Assembly (NCBI GenBank): GCA_965247095.1
Contig: OZ251997.1
Coordinates: forward strand, 3,488,001-3,552,000
Reading direction: 5' to 3'
Length of the DNA: 64,000 bases
From: Candidatus Multivorans sp.
Lineage (GTDB): Bacteria > Acidobacteriota > Thermoanaerobaculia > Multivoradales > Multivoraceae
In this document: piece by piece, positions 20,843 to 30,625 of the stretch
Position numbering within the stretch: the stretch's first letter is position 1
How the letters are laid out: every line of letters starts with the position of its first letter
Notes under the pieces: generated by a model
The model's input: only the letters and a program-made list of their open reading frames with translations
Databases searched by the model: none
Told to the model about the DNA's origin: nothing
Made by a program: the position numbers and the translations under genes

Positions 20843-22045
20843 GGAGGAGTGGGCCATGAGCCAAGGAGGGCGTTTCAACGCCATTGCGCTCGAACGTGTG
20901 GTATTCGGTCGCCCGGCCGCCGAGGTCGTACCCGGCGAGCTCGAGCGGCTGGGCCGCTCGCGGGCCTGCCTGCTGGTGAGCGACAGCTTGCGGACGGGCA
21001 CCTCCGAGGTCTCGGATTTGGAGGAAGCGCTGGGAGGCGCGGCGGTGGGGACCTACTCCGGGATGCCGCCGCACACCCCCCGCGAGGCGGTCATCGAATG
21101 TGCGGCGCTTGCCCGCGAAAGCAGAGCCGACATCATCGTCACTTTAGGGGGAGGGTCGCTTACTGATGCCGGCAAGGTGGTTCAGCTTTGCCTGGAACAT
21201 GACGTCACCGAGCCCGAGGGGCTCGAGCCATTCATCACCCGTACCGCGGCGGACGGCCGCGTGGAGAGCCCCGCGATCCGGGCGCCGCGGGTGCGGCAGC
21301 TCACCTTGCCGACCACGCTCTCCGGGGGGGAGTTCGGATTCGGTGCAGGCTGCACCGACAGCGCGCGGCGGATAAAGCAAACGTACCGGCACGCGTTGTT
21401 CGTGCCGCAGGTCGTGGTGCTCGACCCGGCGCTGACCTTGCACACGCCCGAGTCGTTGTGGCTCTCGACAGGTATTCGCGCGGTCGACCATGCGGTGGAG
21501 ACGCTGTGCTCGCCGCGCGCGACCGCGCACTCCGACGGCCCCGCCCTGCATGCGCTGCGTCTGCTCGGCGCGGGCTTGCGGCGTTCCAAGGCGGACCCCG
21601 CAGACCTCGATGCCCGGCTGGATTGTCAGCTCGGGGTATGGGCTTCGATGGAGCACAACCAGGATGGCATCCCGATGGGCGCGAGCCACGGGATCGGTCA
21701 TGTCCTCGGCGGCACCTGCGGGGTGCCTCACGGGCACACGTCGTGCGTCATGCTGCCCGCGGTCCTCGACTGGAACGCCGAGGCGAATCCCCAGGCGCAA
21801 GCGCGGGTCAGCGAAGCACTGGGGCGCCCGGGCGAGCCCGCGTCGCAGGTGGCGGACGAGCTCGTGCGAGAGCTCGGTCTGCCCCGGAGTTTGACCGAGG
21901 TTGGCGTCTCGAGGGAGCAGTTCGACTTGGTGGCGAGGAACGCGATGCACGATCGATGCATTCACACCAATCCTCGGGCGATCCACGGTCCCGAGGACGT
22001 TCTCGAAATTCTCGAACTTGCCGCTTGAGGTTAACGATGCGCATC
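20843..22045 (+). repeat. 1203-bp duplicated unit, copy 2
   Basis: Colinear with 7619-8821. Confidence 0.95.
20856..22028 (+). CDS. Iron-containing alcohol dehydrogenase family, copy 2
   Basis: Same length and motifs as 7632-8804; 29 amino-acid differences by manual alignment. Confidence 0.9.
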   Translation: MSQGGRFNAIALERVVFGRPAAEVVPGELERLGRSRACLLVSDSLRTGTSEVSDLEEALGGAAVGTYSGMPPHTPREAVIECAALARESRADIIVTLGGGSLTDAGKVVQLCLEHDVTEPEGLEPFITRTAADGRVESPAIRAPRVRQLTLPTTLSGGEFGFGAGCTDSARRIKQTYRHALFVPQVVVLDPALTLHTPESLWLSTGIRAVDHAVETLCSPRATAHSDGPALHALRLLGAGLRRSKADPADLDARLDCQLGVWASMEHNQDGIPMGASHGIGHVLGGTCGVPHGHTSCVMLPAVLDWNAEANPQAQARVSEALGRPGEPASQVADELVRELGLPRSLTEVGVSREQFDLVARNAMHDRCIHTNPRAIHGPEDVLEILELAA

Positions 22046-22075
22046 TGGATCGCTCAGATCAGTCACGAGACCAAC
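22037..22075 (+). pseudogene. N-terminal stub of M81/MlrC-family metallopeptidase
   Basis: GAGG RBS then MRIWIAQISHETN, matching the MRIxxxxxxHETN start of MlrC proteins. Confidence 0.7.
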
Positions 22076-22104
22076 TACGCCGATTCTTACAGCGCGCAAA
22101 GTTG

Positions 22105-23130
22105 TTATGAAACTGGACGATACAAGGTCGCCGGCGCCAACACTTTCCGATCTTGTCCTGTCATCGGACTTGGACCGAAGTCTATTTCGATGATTATGTA
22201 ACGAACTAGCTCAAGCCCCAGATCAATTTCATCAGGAGGTCGGCTCGGGCGGTATAGGTGCAACGTCATCGCGGTACATGTTTCCGTTTTGACTCCTTGC
22301 GCATCCGAGACCATTTCGACATGGAACATATCTTCGAAATGATGTTCAAGGTAATACTCAAGAGGGATGAATCCACAGGGTACTTCTACAAAGGCAAGAC
22401 TGTACCCAGTATCCATCCCGATAAGGTGACACATCCCCATTGAGTCCGCATTTCCTTGAAATAGTTGCCGCAAGACACCAAGGTAAAGTGGCAGTTTATC
22501 AGGACTGTACTGACGTGCCCCCTGCTGTTCAAACCAGAAAACCGGTTGGGTGATTCGTTCGAGGATGAGTGCATTGCTCAACACATCTTCGGCCATACCA
22601 TGTGGTAGAAAGGCAAGTCCGTTCATCAGGCAGGCCATGATCTGCGCGAGTACCGCGCGATCCGTTGCATTGTGTTGCAGATCCAAAGCCTCACACAAGG
22701 CACTTCGAACCCGCTCGTCGACGGCTACTCCCTGGCGTGATAAATCACGAAACACCTGATGCATATGGTCTTGAGCATCTAGGGCCAAATAGTGAATGAC
22801 ACCAGGACCCTGCACCATATGTTGTTTTTTTATGCCAAGTGCTCCGATGCCTACACCACACCCTGTTTCGATAATGACGGTACCAGGCGGTGCCGTCAAG
22901 ACCCTTTCGAAGTCAGGACCAAGGTTCCGGCGGTAGAGGCTCACCGGGCGGATGACCATGCACTGAGCACGGTATTGCCGATAATCTGCTGCGAAACCGA
23001 CATTGTCGTTCCCATAGGTGTTGGTGCTTTGAGGGTTTTCGTCGAGGACTCTGAATAGCACGCCTGCTTCTGATTCTTGTGGTGGATACCAGGTTGTTTG
23101 AACGAGATCAGTATAATTCTCTAAGACCAT
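22105..23130 (-). CDS. Hypothetical protein with class I SAM-binding-like motif, lower GC
   Basis: IIETGCGVG then YLALD; GGAG RBS before ATG 23130; visibly more AT-rich than flanks. Confidence 0.6.
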   Translation of the reverse strand: MVLENYTDLVQTTWYPPQESEAGVLFRVLDENPQSTNTYGNDNVGFAADYRQYRAQCMVIRPVSLYRRNLGPDFERVLTAPPGTVIIETGCGVGIGALGIKKQHMVQGPGVIHYLALDAQDHMHQVFRDLSRQGVAVDERVRSALCEALDLQHNATDRAVLAQIMACLMNGLAFLPHGMAEDVLSNALILERITQPVFWFEQQGARQYSPDKLPLYLGVLRQLFQGNADSMGMCHLIGMDTGYSLAFVEVPCGFIPLEYYLEHHFEDMFHVEMVSDAQGVKTETCTAMTLHLYRPSRPPDEIDLGLELVRYIIIEIDFGPSPMTGQDRKVLAPATLYRPVS

Positions 23131-23286
23131 GCCCTTCTCCTGGGTTGAATGAGGTGCAGAAACAACTGAATAGCGGACCGTTTCGCACCAGTGGGGGTGG
23201 TGGTGAGGGCGTCGTTCACGGCGCGACCATCGCGTCCGCAACCGGAGTCACCATGGCGAGTGTAGAGTTCATCGTTGGAGGTTGAC

Positions 23287-24990
23287 ATGAAGTGTCGCGC
23301 ATTACTCACAGCCTACGTATGCGCCGCCGTCGCCATGGCGACGGGGTCTCTCGGCCAGGCGCAAGTCCAAGACTTCACCCCGGTCACCGATGCGATGCTG
23401 CAGAATCCCGACCCGGCCGACTGGTTGAGCTGGCGGCGCACCCTGAATGGATGGGGGTATAGCCCGCTTGAACAGATCGACCGGAGCAATGTCGATGAGC
23501 TCCGGCTCGCCTGGTCCTGGGGCCTCGAACCCGGAGTGTCGCAGACGACGCCGATCGTGCACGACGGCGTCATGTATGTCGCGAACCCAGGCAATGTGGT
23601 CCAGGCGCTCGACGCGCGCACCGGCGACTTCATGTGGGAGTACCGCCGTGAGATGGACGTGCGACGCCGAAGCGCGGCGCAGACGCGCAGCATTGCCGTC
23701 TACCAGGATCTGGTGATCCTGAACACTGTCGATGCGCACATCGTCGGGCTGGATGCCCGGACGGGCGAGGCGCGCTGGGATACGCCGGTCGGGGGCGATC
23801 AGGAAGGCTACACCTTTTCGAACGGACCGATCGTCGTCGATGGGACGATCGTCGCCGGGATGACAGGCTGCGGGCGTTACCGTGACGACACCTGCTACAT
23901 CGTCGGCGTCGACGGCCGCACCGGCCGGTTGCTCTGGCGAACCTCGACCATCGCCCGGCCCGGCGAGAGCGGCGGCGACACCTGGGGCGATTTGCCGCTC
24001 ATGTTTCGCGCGGGGAGCGACGCCTGGATGACTGGAAGCTATGACCCGGTCACCGGGCTCGTCTACTGGGGTACGTCGCAGCCCAAGCCGCATAACCGCG
24101 ACGCACGCGGCACCGACGGTGACGCCCTCTACAGCAACTCGACGCTCGCGCTCGACCCTGCGACCGGTGAGATGAGGTGGTACTACCAGCACATCCCGGG
24201 CGATGCGCACGACATGGACGAGTCGTTCGAGCGCATCCTGATCGACTACGACGGCAAGCGTTCGCTGTTCACTATGGGCAAGCTCGGGATTCTCTGGGAA
24301 CTCGACCGCTTCACGGGCGAGTTCCGGCGCGCGATCGACCTCGGCTATCAGAACATCCTGGATGTCGACTCGCAGACCGGTGAGGTGACTTACCGGGACG
24401 GGATGCTAACCGACGTCGGCGAAGAGCTCTCCTTCTGCCCCAGTACTGGTGGCTTCAAGAGCCTGCGGGCGATGGCGTATCACCCCGGGACCGAGGCGTT
24501 GTACGTGCCGCTCAGTCTCAGCTGTCAGACCGTCACATTCGGCCCGGTCGAGCGACGCGCCGGGGGCGGCGGCGGGGGCAGCAGGCCCGGACGGACGAAT
24601 CACTTTCATCCGCAGGCGCCGAACCAACTGGGCGAGTTTCAAGCGCTGGACCTGCGGACCGGCGAGACCCTCTGGCGCCAGCGCCGCCGGGTGCCCTACA
24701 ACACGGCGGCGCTGACGACCGGCGGGGACCTGGTGTTCATCGGCGACTGGGGCCGGCACGTCTTCGCCTACGACGTGCGGAACGGCGAGCCGCTCTGGCA
24801 GAGCCGGCTCTCGACGATGGCGAACGGGTTCCCGATCACTTATGCCGTCGACGGCAAGCAGTTCGTCGCGTTCGTGGCCGGCCCGTCGATCAGCCGCTCG
24901 AGCTGGGCGACAATTCTCCCGGCCGACCTCATACCCGAAGAGCACAACCCGCGGGGCGGTAGCGGCGTCTTCGTGTTCGCGTTGCCCTAG
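23287..24990 (+). CDS. PQQ-binding beta-propeller dehydrogenase, alcohol dehydrogenase-like
   Basis: WGYSPLEQI, TPIVHDGVMY, GSYDP, WYYQHIPGDAHDMD, PITYAVDGKQF; GGAGG RBS. Confidence 0.9.
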   Translation: MKCRALLTAYVCAAVAMATGSLGQAQVQDFTPVTDAMLQNPDPADWLSWRRTLNGWGYSPLEQIDRSNVDELRLAWSWGLEPGVSQTTPIVHDGVMYVANPGNVVQALDARTGDFMWEYRREMDVRRRSAAQTRSIAVYQDLVILNTVDAHIVGLDARTGEARWDTPVGGDQEGYTFSNGPIVVDGTIVAGMTGCGRYRDDTCYIVGVDGRTGRLLWRTSTIARPGESGGDTWGDLPLMFRAGSDAWMTGSYDPVTGLVYWGTSQPKPHNRDARGTDGDALYSNSTLALDPATGEMRWYYQHIPGDAHDMDESFERILIDYDGKRSLFTMGKLGILWELDRFTGEFRRAIDLGYQNILDVDSQTGEVTYRDGMLTDVGEELSFCPSTGGFKSLRAMAYHPGTEALYVPLSLSCQTVTFGPVERRAGGGGGGSRPGRTNHFHPQAPNQLGEFQALDLRTGETLWRQRRRVPYNTAALTTGGDLVFIGDWGRHVFAYDVRNGEPLWQSRLSTMANGFPITYAVDGKQFVAFVAGPSISRSSWATILPADLIPEEHNPRGGSGVFVFALP

Positions 24991-25003
24991 GGAGGATGAC
25001 GGC

Positions 25004-26914
25004 ATGCTGAGACTCCTGAGTATTTCGTTGATGATGGCTGTGATCCTGACGCCCGTGACTGGATGGGCCCAGCCAGGCGGCTCATTGTTCGAGCAGCACT
25101 GCGCGGCCTGTCATGGAAGCCCGGAGCCCGGCTCCCGAGCCCCAGATCGGGAGGCGCTGCGGCAGTTCACTCCCGAGCGGGTGCTCGAGTCGCTGACGAC
25201 CGGCGCGATGGCAGTGGAGGTGCCCGGGCTGACCGACGACGAGAGGCGTGAGGTGGCTCAGTGGGCCGCGGGCCGTGCGCTTGGGACGGCTGGTGGGGAT
25301 GCCTCATCGATGCCCAATCAGTGTCCGAGCAAACCGTTCGGCGACCCGTTCGCTGGCGCGGGGTGGAACGGCTGGAGCCCGGATGTTGGCAACTCGCGCT
25401 TCCAGCCGGCCGCGGCCGCCGGGTTGACCCCGGACCAGGTGCCGCGCCTGACGTTGAAGTGGGCGTTCGGATACCCGGGCGGGGTCAGAGCCGCCGCTGG
25501 TTCGCAAACGGTCGTGGGGGGAAGGCTCTACGCGGGATCCGACACGGGCTATGTCTACTCGTTGGATGCGGCGAGCGGCTGTGTCTACTGGTCGTTCGAG
25601 TCGCAATGGGTCGTCCGCTCCTCCGTCACCATTGGACCCGTCACGGGTGCGGGGACGGCGCGCTACGCCGCGTACTTCGGGGACGCCAGGGCGAACGTGT
25701 ATGCCGTCAATGCCGAAACCGGTGAGCTGCTGTGGACGCAACGTGCCGACACCCATCCGATCGCGCGCATCACCGCCGCCCCCAAGCTTCACGCCGGCCG
25801 GCTCTACGTGCCCGTTTCCTCACTGGAAGAATTGGCAGGCCGCCACGTCTGGTATGAGTGCTGTACGTTCCGGGGCAGCGTGGTGGCGTATGACGCGAAC
25901 ACGGGCGAGCAGATCTGGAAGAGTTATGCGATTGCCGAAGAGCCCAAGCCCACGACGAAGAACGCGCAGGGCACCCAACAGTGGGCCCCGGCCGGGGGGG
26001 CGGTCTGGAACTCGCCGGTCATCGATGCTGCTCGAGGGGCCTTGTATATCGGTAGTGGAAACGGATATACCGCGCCCGCGGCCAATGACACCGACGCCGT
26101 CATCGCCTTCGATCTCGAGACCGGGAAGCGGCTGTGGTGGCACCAGCTGACGGCCATGGATGCCTACCTCAGTAGGTGTCCCGGCCGGATAGATGTGCAA
26201 GGCCGCCCGAGGAATCCCAAGCGAGCGGATCCCCAGCGCATCGCGTACCTCAACTGCCCCGACCCCGAGAAGCTTGCCGAAAACGTCGATGTCGATGTGG
26301 AGGCGGTCATGCTTCACACGCTGCCGGACGGGCGGACGATTCTCGTCGTTGGGCAGCAAAATGGCCGGGTCTATGCGCTCGACCCTGACCGCGAACGGGC
26401 GGTGCTGTGGGAACTCTACGCGGGCGCGGACACGGAGAATCGCGCAAACATCACGTTTGGCGGCGCCACCGACGGGCGGCTAGCCTACTTCCCCCTCCTG
26501 TACCAACCGTCGGACCACCGCGGGATCACTACGCCGTCGCGGTCGAAGGGCGCCCTGGCCGCGATCCGCGTGGAGACGGGCGAGCTGGTGTGGTACACGC
26601 CGACGCCGGCGGCCAACTGTCCCGACCCCTCCCCGCAACGGTGCAGCTCTGGGCAGGACGGGGCGGCGACGGTGATCCCGGGCGTGGTCTTCGCCGGCGC
26701 GATGGACGGCATGCTTCGCGCGTACTCGACCACCGACGGCCGCATCATCTGGGAATACGACACGGCCCAGGAGTTCGAGACCGTCAATGATGTGCCGGCC
26801 AAGGGTGGCATGCTGAACGGCCCGGGGCCAACCGTCGTCGATGGCATGCTGTTCATGGGGTCGGGCTACGCGTCAGGGCCGGGCAACGTGCTGCTGGCGT
26901 TCGGACTCGAATAG
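25004..26914 (+). CDS. Quinohemoprotein, polyvinyl-alcohol dehydrogenase-like
   Basis: Signal peptide, heme c CAACH, LKWAFGYP, ECCTFRGSV, GGAVWNSP, GNVLLAF. Confidence 0.88.
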   Translation: MLRLLSISLMMAVILTPVTGWAQPGGSLFEQHCAACHGSPEPGSRAPDREALRQFTPERVLESLTTGAMAVEVPGLTDDERREVAQWAAGRALGTAGGDASSMPNQCPSKPFGDPFAGAGWNGWSPDVGNSRFQPAAAAGLTPDQVPRLTLKWAFGYPGGVRAAAGSQTVVGGRLYAGSDTGYVYSLDAASGCVYWSFESQWVVRSSVTIGPVTGAGTARYAAYFGDARANVYAVNAETGELLWTQRADTHPIARITAAPKLHAGRLYVPVSSLEELAGRHVWYECCTFRGSVVAYDANTGEQIWKSYAIAEEPKPTTKNAQGTQQWAPAGGAVWNSPVIDAARGALYIGSGNGYTAPAANDTDAVIAFDLETGKRLWWHQLTAMDAYLSRCPGRIDVQGRPRNPKRADPQRIAYLNCPDPEKLAENVDVDVEAVMLHTLPDGRTILVVGQQNGRVYALDPDRERAVLWELYAGADTENRANITFGGATDGRLAYFPLLYQPSDHRGITTPSRSKGALAAIRVETGELVWYTPTPAANCPDPSPQRCSSGQDGAATVIPGVVFAGAMDGMLRAYSTTDGRIIWEYDTAQEFETVNDVPAKGGMLNGPGPTVVDGMLFMGSGYASGPGNVLLAFGLE

Positions 26915-26996
26915 GGTGATGCGAGCGAGGCGCCATGCGTTGTGCAACTGATAGTGCACGCCGGAGGCGTAGCGGTGATGGCGTTCAACTCGTAGG

Positions 26997-28853
26997 CTAA
27001 GGGACGTACCAGATGGGCGACGACCAGGCACGCTCCTGGATGGTGGGAGGCAGGCCGGATTTCGGCGGCGTTCCCGCCCGGATCGCATCCCATGTCGACC
27101 AGCGACAAGTGGGATTCTGCAGCACGCGAACGTAGTAGAACGCGCGTTGCCCAGGGTCGAAGTCCGGGTCCTGCCACAACGCCTCGAGCTCTGAAGCACC
27201 CTGACCTTCAGTCGTCGCGCAGGTGCTCAGATCGACCTTGGCCCCGTTGTCGGGGCAGCGGTGGGTGTCGTCGGGGGTCGAGCCATCGGAACAGGCTGCG
27301 TCGTAGACCCGCTCCTGCTTCCCGCCGTCTGCTGTCCATCCCTTGATCACTTGCAGTCGAGCAAGGGGAGCGGCGGTCGGATCCCTGGTAGCCCACAAAA
27401 GAAAGCGCGGAGCTCGTTGCTCGCCATTGGCCATCAGGTCTCCTCCCATGGAGACGCCGTCGGCGTAGGCCTTGGTGAGGCCGTCTGATCCAGCCAGCGT
27501 CGTCTGGTCGAGGTCGTAGCCGGCGAAGAAGCGGACCCGCATGCGAGGGCCGGTGGTGGCAAAGGTCTCCTTCCGTTGGAGGGCGCGAAAGATGTCCTCT
27601 CTGGTGTTGGATTCGGCCCACACGGCGGCCAGGCCCGAGGCACCCCAGTACTGACTGGACCCGTCGTCGTACTCGCCGGTTTCGGCCCGAGGAACCGACC
27701 CTCGCTGCTCCGGCGTTATGTCCAACAGGCCGGCCTTGCTCCAGTAATCCTCTTCCCGAAACGATCCGGCTGCATTGTGGGTATCCGAGGAGCCGATGAG
27801 GCCGAAGCGAAAGGGATTGAAGCCCTGCTCCTCTTCCATGGCCAGGCCGTTCAGGTAGGCATCGCGTACGTAGCTGCCCTGGGGCTTGCTCGGAGAGTCA
27901 TTGCCGATGGTCCCTTCCATGATCCCGAAGTCAGCCCACTCGTCGTTCGGAGACAAGAGCGGATGCGTGTCAGAGGTGCCCTTGACCTGGGTTACCTCGA
28001 CCAGCGGCTCGTTTCGCATCCGCTGCTCGGCGTAGGCCTGGTCGATTGCATTGCCTTCTCTGTCGGTCAACTGGAACATCCATCCGTCTGAGCCGTTGGA
28101 GTTGTGGGGGATCGCCAGAGAGTCGATGCCCTGCTCGCGCTGCTGGTCCATCCAGTCCCACAGCTTCTCCGGGTTGTTCCTGGCGTCCAATCGACTGAAA
28201 GGAATGCTCGGCACATTCGAGCCAGGGAAGATCACGTTTCGATGTAGGTTCTCCCCACTGGGACCGCTGCCAGTGAACTCGTAGGCGATGAGGGTGGTGA
28301 AAGTGCCTGGATCGTTGTGGCGCTCAGCGGCCGCGATGATCTCCCGCCATGCGCTCCCTACGATGCCGAGATCGAGCAGGTCGTCCGGATCGACATATCC
28401 TCTCTGACGCGGCAGCACTTCTCGAAAAACGGCGCTGCGATCGTCGGGCGTTTCGGCGCTTCGGAGTGCGATCGACAGCGGATGTCGGCCAACCTCGGAA
28501 TCGGGGTTGTCCATCTGCTCGAACATGCCCAGGTAGGTGGCATGGTCGGCGACCGCGAGGAAGTCGAGCGGGGCCTCGAGGCGCATCTCGATTCCGGCTG
28601 CGTGGGTCAGCGCTTCGCCCTTGGCGTACCTGTAGGCGTCGTCCGGATCGTTGCGGGTGCCGAAGATGTAGGCGTCGAAGGAGTACTTGGTGTGGACGTG
28701 AAGGTCGCCGAAGTAGGCGTCTCGGGTCGATGATCTCTGCTCCATCGGAGCGCCCTCTTCGCTGGCTCGAGCCGGGACCTCGGTAGGTTCATCCGCACAA
28801 CCGAGAGACAGGAGAAGAAAAGCTGTCAGCCAGACACCGCTACGCGCACACAT
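26997..28853 (-). CDS. DUF3604 PHP-like metallohydrolase, lipoprotein
   Basis: YFGDLHVHTKYSFDA, NLHRNV, IPHNSN, GSSDTH, QERAWSSPIWY; lipobox LSLGC. Confidence 0.88.
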   Translation of the reverse strand: MCARSGVWLTAFLLLSLGCADEPTEVPARASEEGAPMEQRSSTRDAYFGDLHVHTKYSFDAYIFGTRNDPDDAYRYAKGEALTHAAGIEMRLEAPLDFLAVADHATYLGMFEQMDNPDSEVGRHPLSIALRSAETPDDRSAVFREVLPRQRGYVDPDDLLDLGIVGSAWREIIAAAERHNDPGTFTTLIAYEFTGSGPSGENLHRNVIFPGSNVPSIPFSRLDARNNPEKLWDWMDQQREQGIDSLAIPHNSNGSDGWMFQLTDREGNAIDQAYAEQRMRNEPLVEVTQVKGTSDTHPLLSPNDEWADFGIMEGTIGNDSPSKPQGSYVRDAYLNGLAMEEEQGFNPFRFGLIGSSDTHNAAGSFREEDYWSKAGLLDITPEQRGSVPRAETGEYDDGSSQYWGASGLAAVWAESNTREDIFRALQRKETFATTGPRMRVRFFAGYDLDQTTLAGSDGLTKAYADGVSMGGDLMANGEQRAPRFLLWATRDPTAAPLARLQVIKGWTADGGKQERVYDAACSDGSTPDDTHRCPDNGAKVDLSTCATTEGQGASELEALWQDPDFDPGQRAFYYVRVLQNPTCRWSTWDAIRAGTPPKSGLPPTIQERAWSSPIWYVP

Positions 28854-28939
28854 AGTCTTCTCGTTTCTCTTCGGTTCTATGACCGGAGTGGATGCGATCT
28901 GTTCTCGGAGCCCCCATCCTAACGCGGTCTGCACGCTAC

Positions 28940-30215
28940 CAGTGCTGTCCCACAAACGGGGAGGAAGGATGGGTCTGAACCGTGCCTTGTCGCATGATTG
29001 GTGTTCAAGCAAAGCCAATGACGGCAAGGAGATCCAGACCCATGGCGCACAATAGTACCGTACTTGGCCAGTTCCTCAAGCTGGTGTCGAGACATGAGTT
29101 CGAGCGGGAGGCCCGGCGGCATCACAGGGGACGCAAGCTGCGCTCGATGAGCCGCTGGGGCCAGTTCGTAGCGATGGCGATGGCGCAGCTTTCCGGGCGG
29201 CGCAGTCTGCGAGACATCGTGTCGAACCTGGATGCGCAGGCTCACAAGCTGTACCATCTCGGCGTTGGCCGGGTAGCCCGATCTTCGCTGGCGCGGGTGA
29301 ACAGAGAGCAGCCTCACGAACTGTACGAGGCGCTGTTCGGTCGCCTTCTGAGCCGTTGTCAGGCGGCGGCGCCGGGGCATGGGTTCCGTTTCCGGAACAA
29401 GCTGTTGTCGCTCGACGCCACGTACGTGGACCTGTGCCTGAAGGTGTTTCCCTGGGCGCGGTACCGCAAGACCAAGGGTGCGTTGAAGCTGCACGTGGGT
29501 CTCGACCACGAGGGCTGTCTGCCGTCGTTCCTGCACGTCACCGACGGCAAGGGCTCGGACCTCGAGGTGGCCCGGTCGCTTCGTCTTCCGAAGGGGAGCA
29601 TCGTGGCGGCGGACCGTCTGTACCTCGACTTCGGATGGCTAAAGGACCTTGATGCACAAGGGGTTTTCCTGGTCACCCGCCTGAAGCGCAAGGTCAAGTA
29701 CGCGGTTCGGGAGCGGCGCTCGTTCGCTCGCGGCCGGGGCGTGACGTCGGACCAGACCATCGAGCTGACCAGCGTCAAGGGGCGCAAGCGGTGCCCGATT
29801 CCGTTGCGTCGGGTCGGCTATCGCGACCCGGAGACGGGCCGGCACTACAAGTTCCTGACCAACAACTTCAGCCTCGCCCCGAAGACCATCGCGGACATCT
29901 ACAAGGCGCGCTGGCAGGTCGAGCTCTTCTTCAAGTGGATCAAACAGAACCTGCGCATCAAGAGTTTCGTCGGCGCCTCGCCCAACGCGGTCATGACGCA
30001 GATCTGGATCGCCGTGTGCGTCCATCTCCTGCTCGCCTACCTGAAGTTCGTCAACAAGATGTCCTGGAGCATGAGCCGGATCCTGCGCCTTCTGCAACTC
30101 AACCTGTTCGACCGAAGATCGCTGCTGGACCTCTTCGAACCTCCGAGCGGACCACCCGACCCGAACAACACGCGAACTCAACTCGCTCTACTCTGAAGTT
30201 TGTGGGACAGCAATG
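28940..30215 (+). mobile_element. IS4-family insertion sequence, 1276 bp
   Basis: 18-bp terminal IRs CAGTGCTGTCCCACAAAC (28940-28957) and GTTTGTGGGACAGCAATG (30198-30215), one mismatch; no flanking direct repeat. Confidence 0.93.
29042..30196 (+). CDS. IS4-family DDE transposase
   Basis: LDAT, ADRLY, YKARWQVELFFKWIKQ (YREK signature). Confidence 0.95.
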   Translation: MAHNSTVLGQFLKLVSRHEFEREARRHHRGRKLRSMSRWGQFVAMAMAQLSGRRSLRDIVSNLDAQAHKLYHLGVGRVARSSLARVNREQPHELYEALFGRLLSRCQAAAPGHGFRFRNKLLSLDATYVDLCLKVFPWARYRKTKGALKLHVGLDHEGCLPSFLHVTDGKGSDLEVARSLRLPKGSIVAADRLYLDFGWLKDLDAQGVFLVTRLKRKVKYAVRERRSFARGRGVTSDQTIELTSVKGRKRCPIPLRRVGYRDPETGRHYKFLTNNFSLAPKTIADIYKARWQVELFFKWIKQNLRIKSFVGASPNAVMTQIWIAVCVHLLLAYLKFVNKMSWSMSRILRLLQLNLFDRRSLLDLFEPPSGPPDPNNTRTQLALL

Positions 30216-30625
30216 ACGAAAACTGGGCTGTTGCCTCGGGCCCGCAGCAAGAGCGCCTCGTCGTGGAACTTGCACCATCCTTCGACCATGGATCCTCCCT
30301 TGGAAGGGAGTTGGGCGACAGACTGCGGAGAATCCGACTAGAGGAGGATCAAGTGGGTGACTACGTCGGCCGAGGGCGAGGTGGTGTCTACTGGTCGGAG
30401 GAAGACACCCATGCTCCGAGCCCGTTGGAGCTCTTCCGGCGTGCCGCGGTCCTGGAACCTGCTATCGTCCTACCTGCGTTGAAGCGTCTTGAATCCGTTG
30501 GCGCAGAGACCTTGCGGGAACTGGTCGCAAGAGTCCCGGAGGACTGGATGAGCGGGCCGGCAAGGGACTTCGCGAGCGGGCTGATGGAGCATAGTATCGA
30601 GGAGCTCCGGAGGATCGACGTATGA
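30216..30625 (+). pseudogene. C-terminal half of HipA-like kinase, cut by the IS
   Basis: ENW of the DRHxENW motif starts right at the IS end, then LAPSFDHGSSLG. Confidence 0.8.

Noticed and set aside
24180-24230. Lanthanide dependence from the DxD motif in PQQ enzymes
   Set aside because: DxD also occurs in glucose-type quinoproteins and the vicinal Cys-Cys of XoxF/ExaF is absent; not diagnostic
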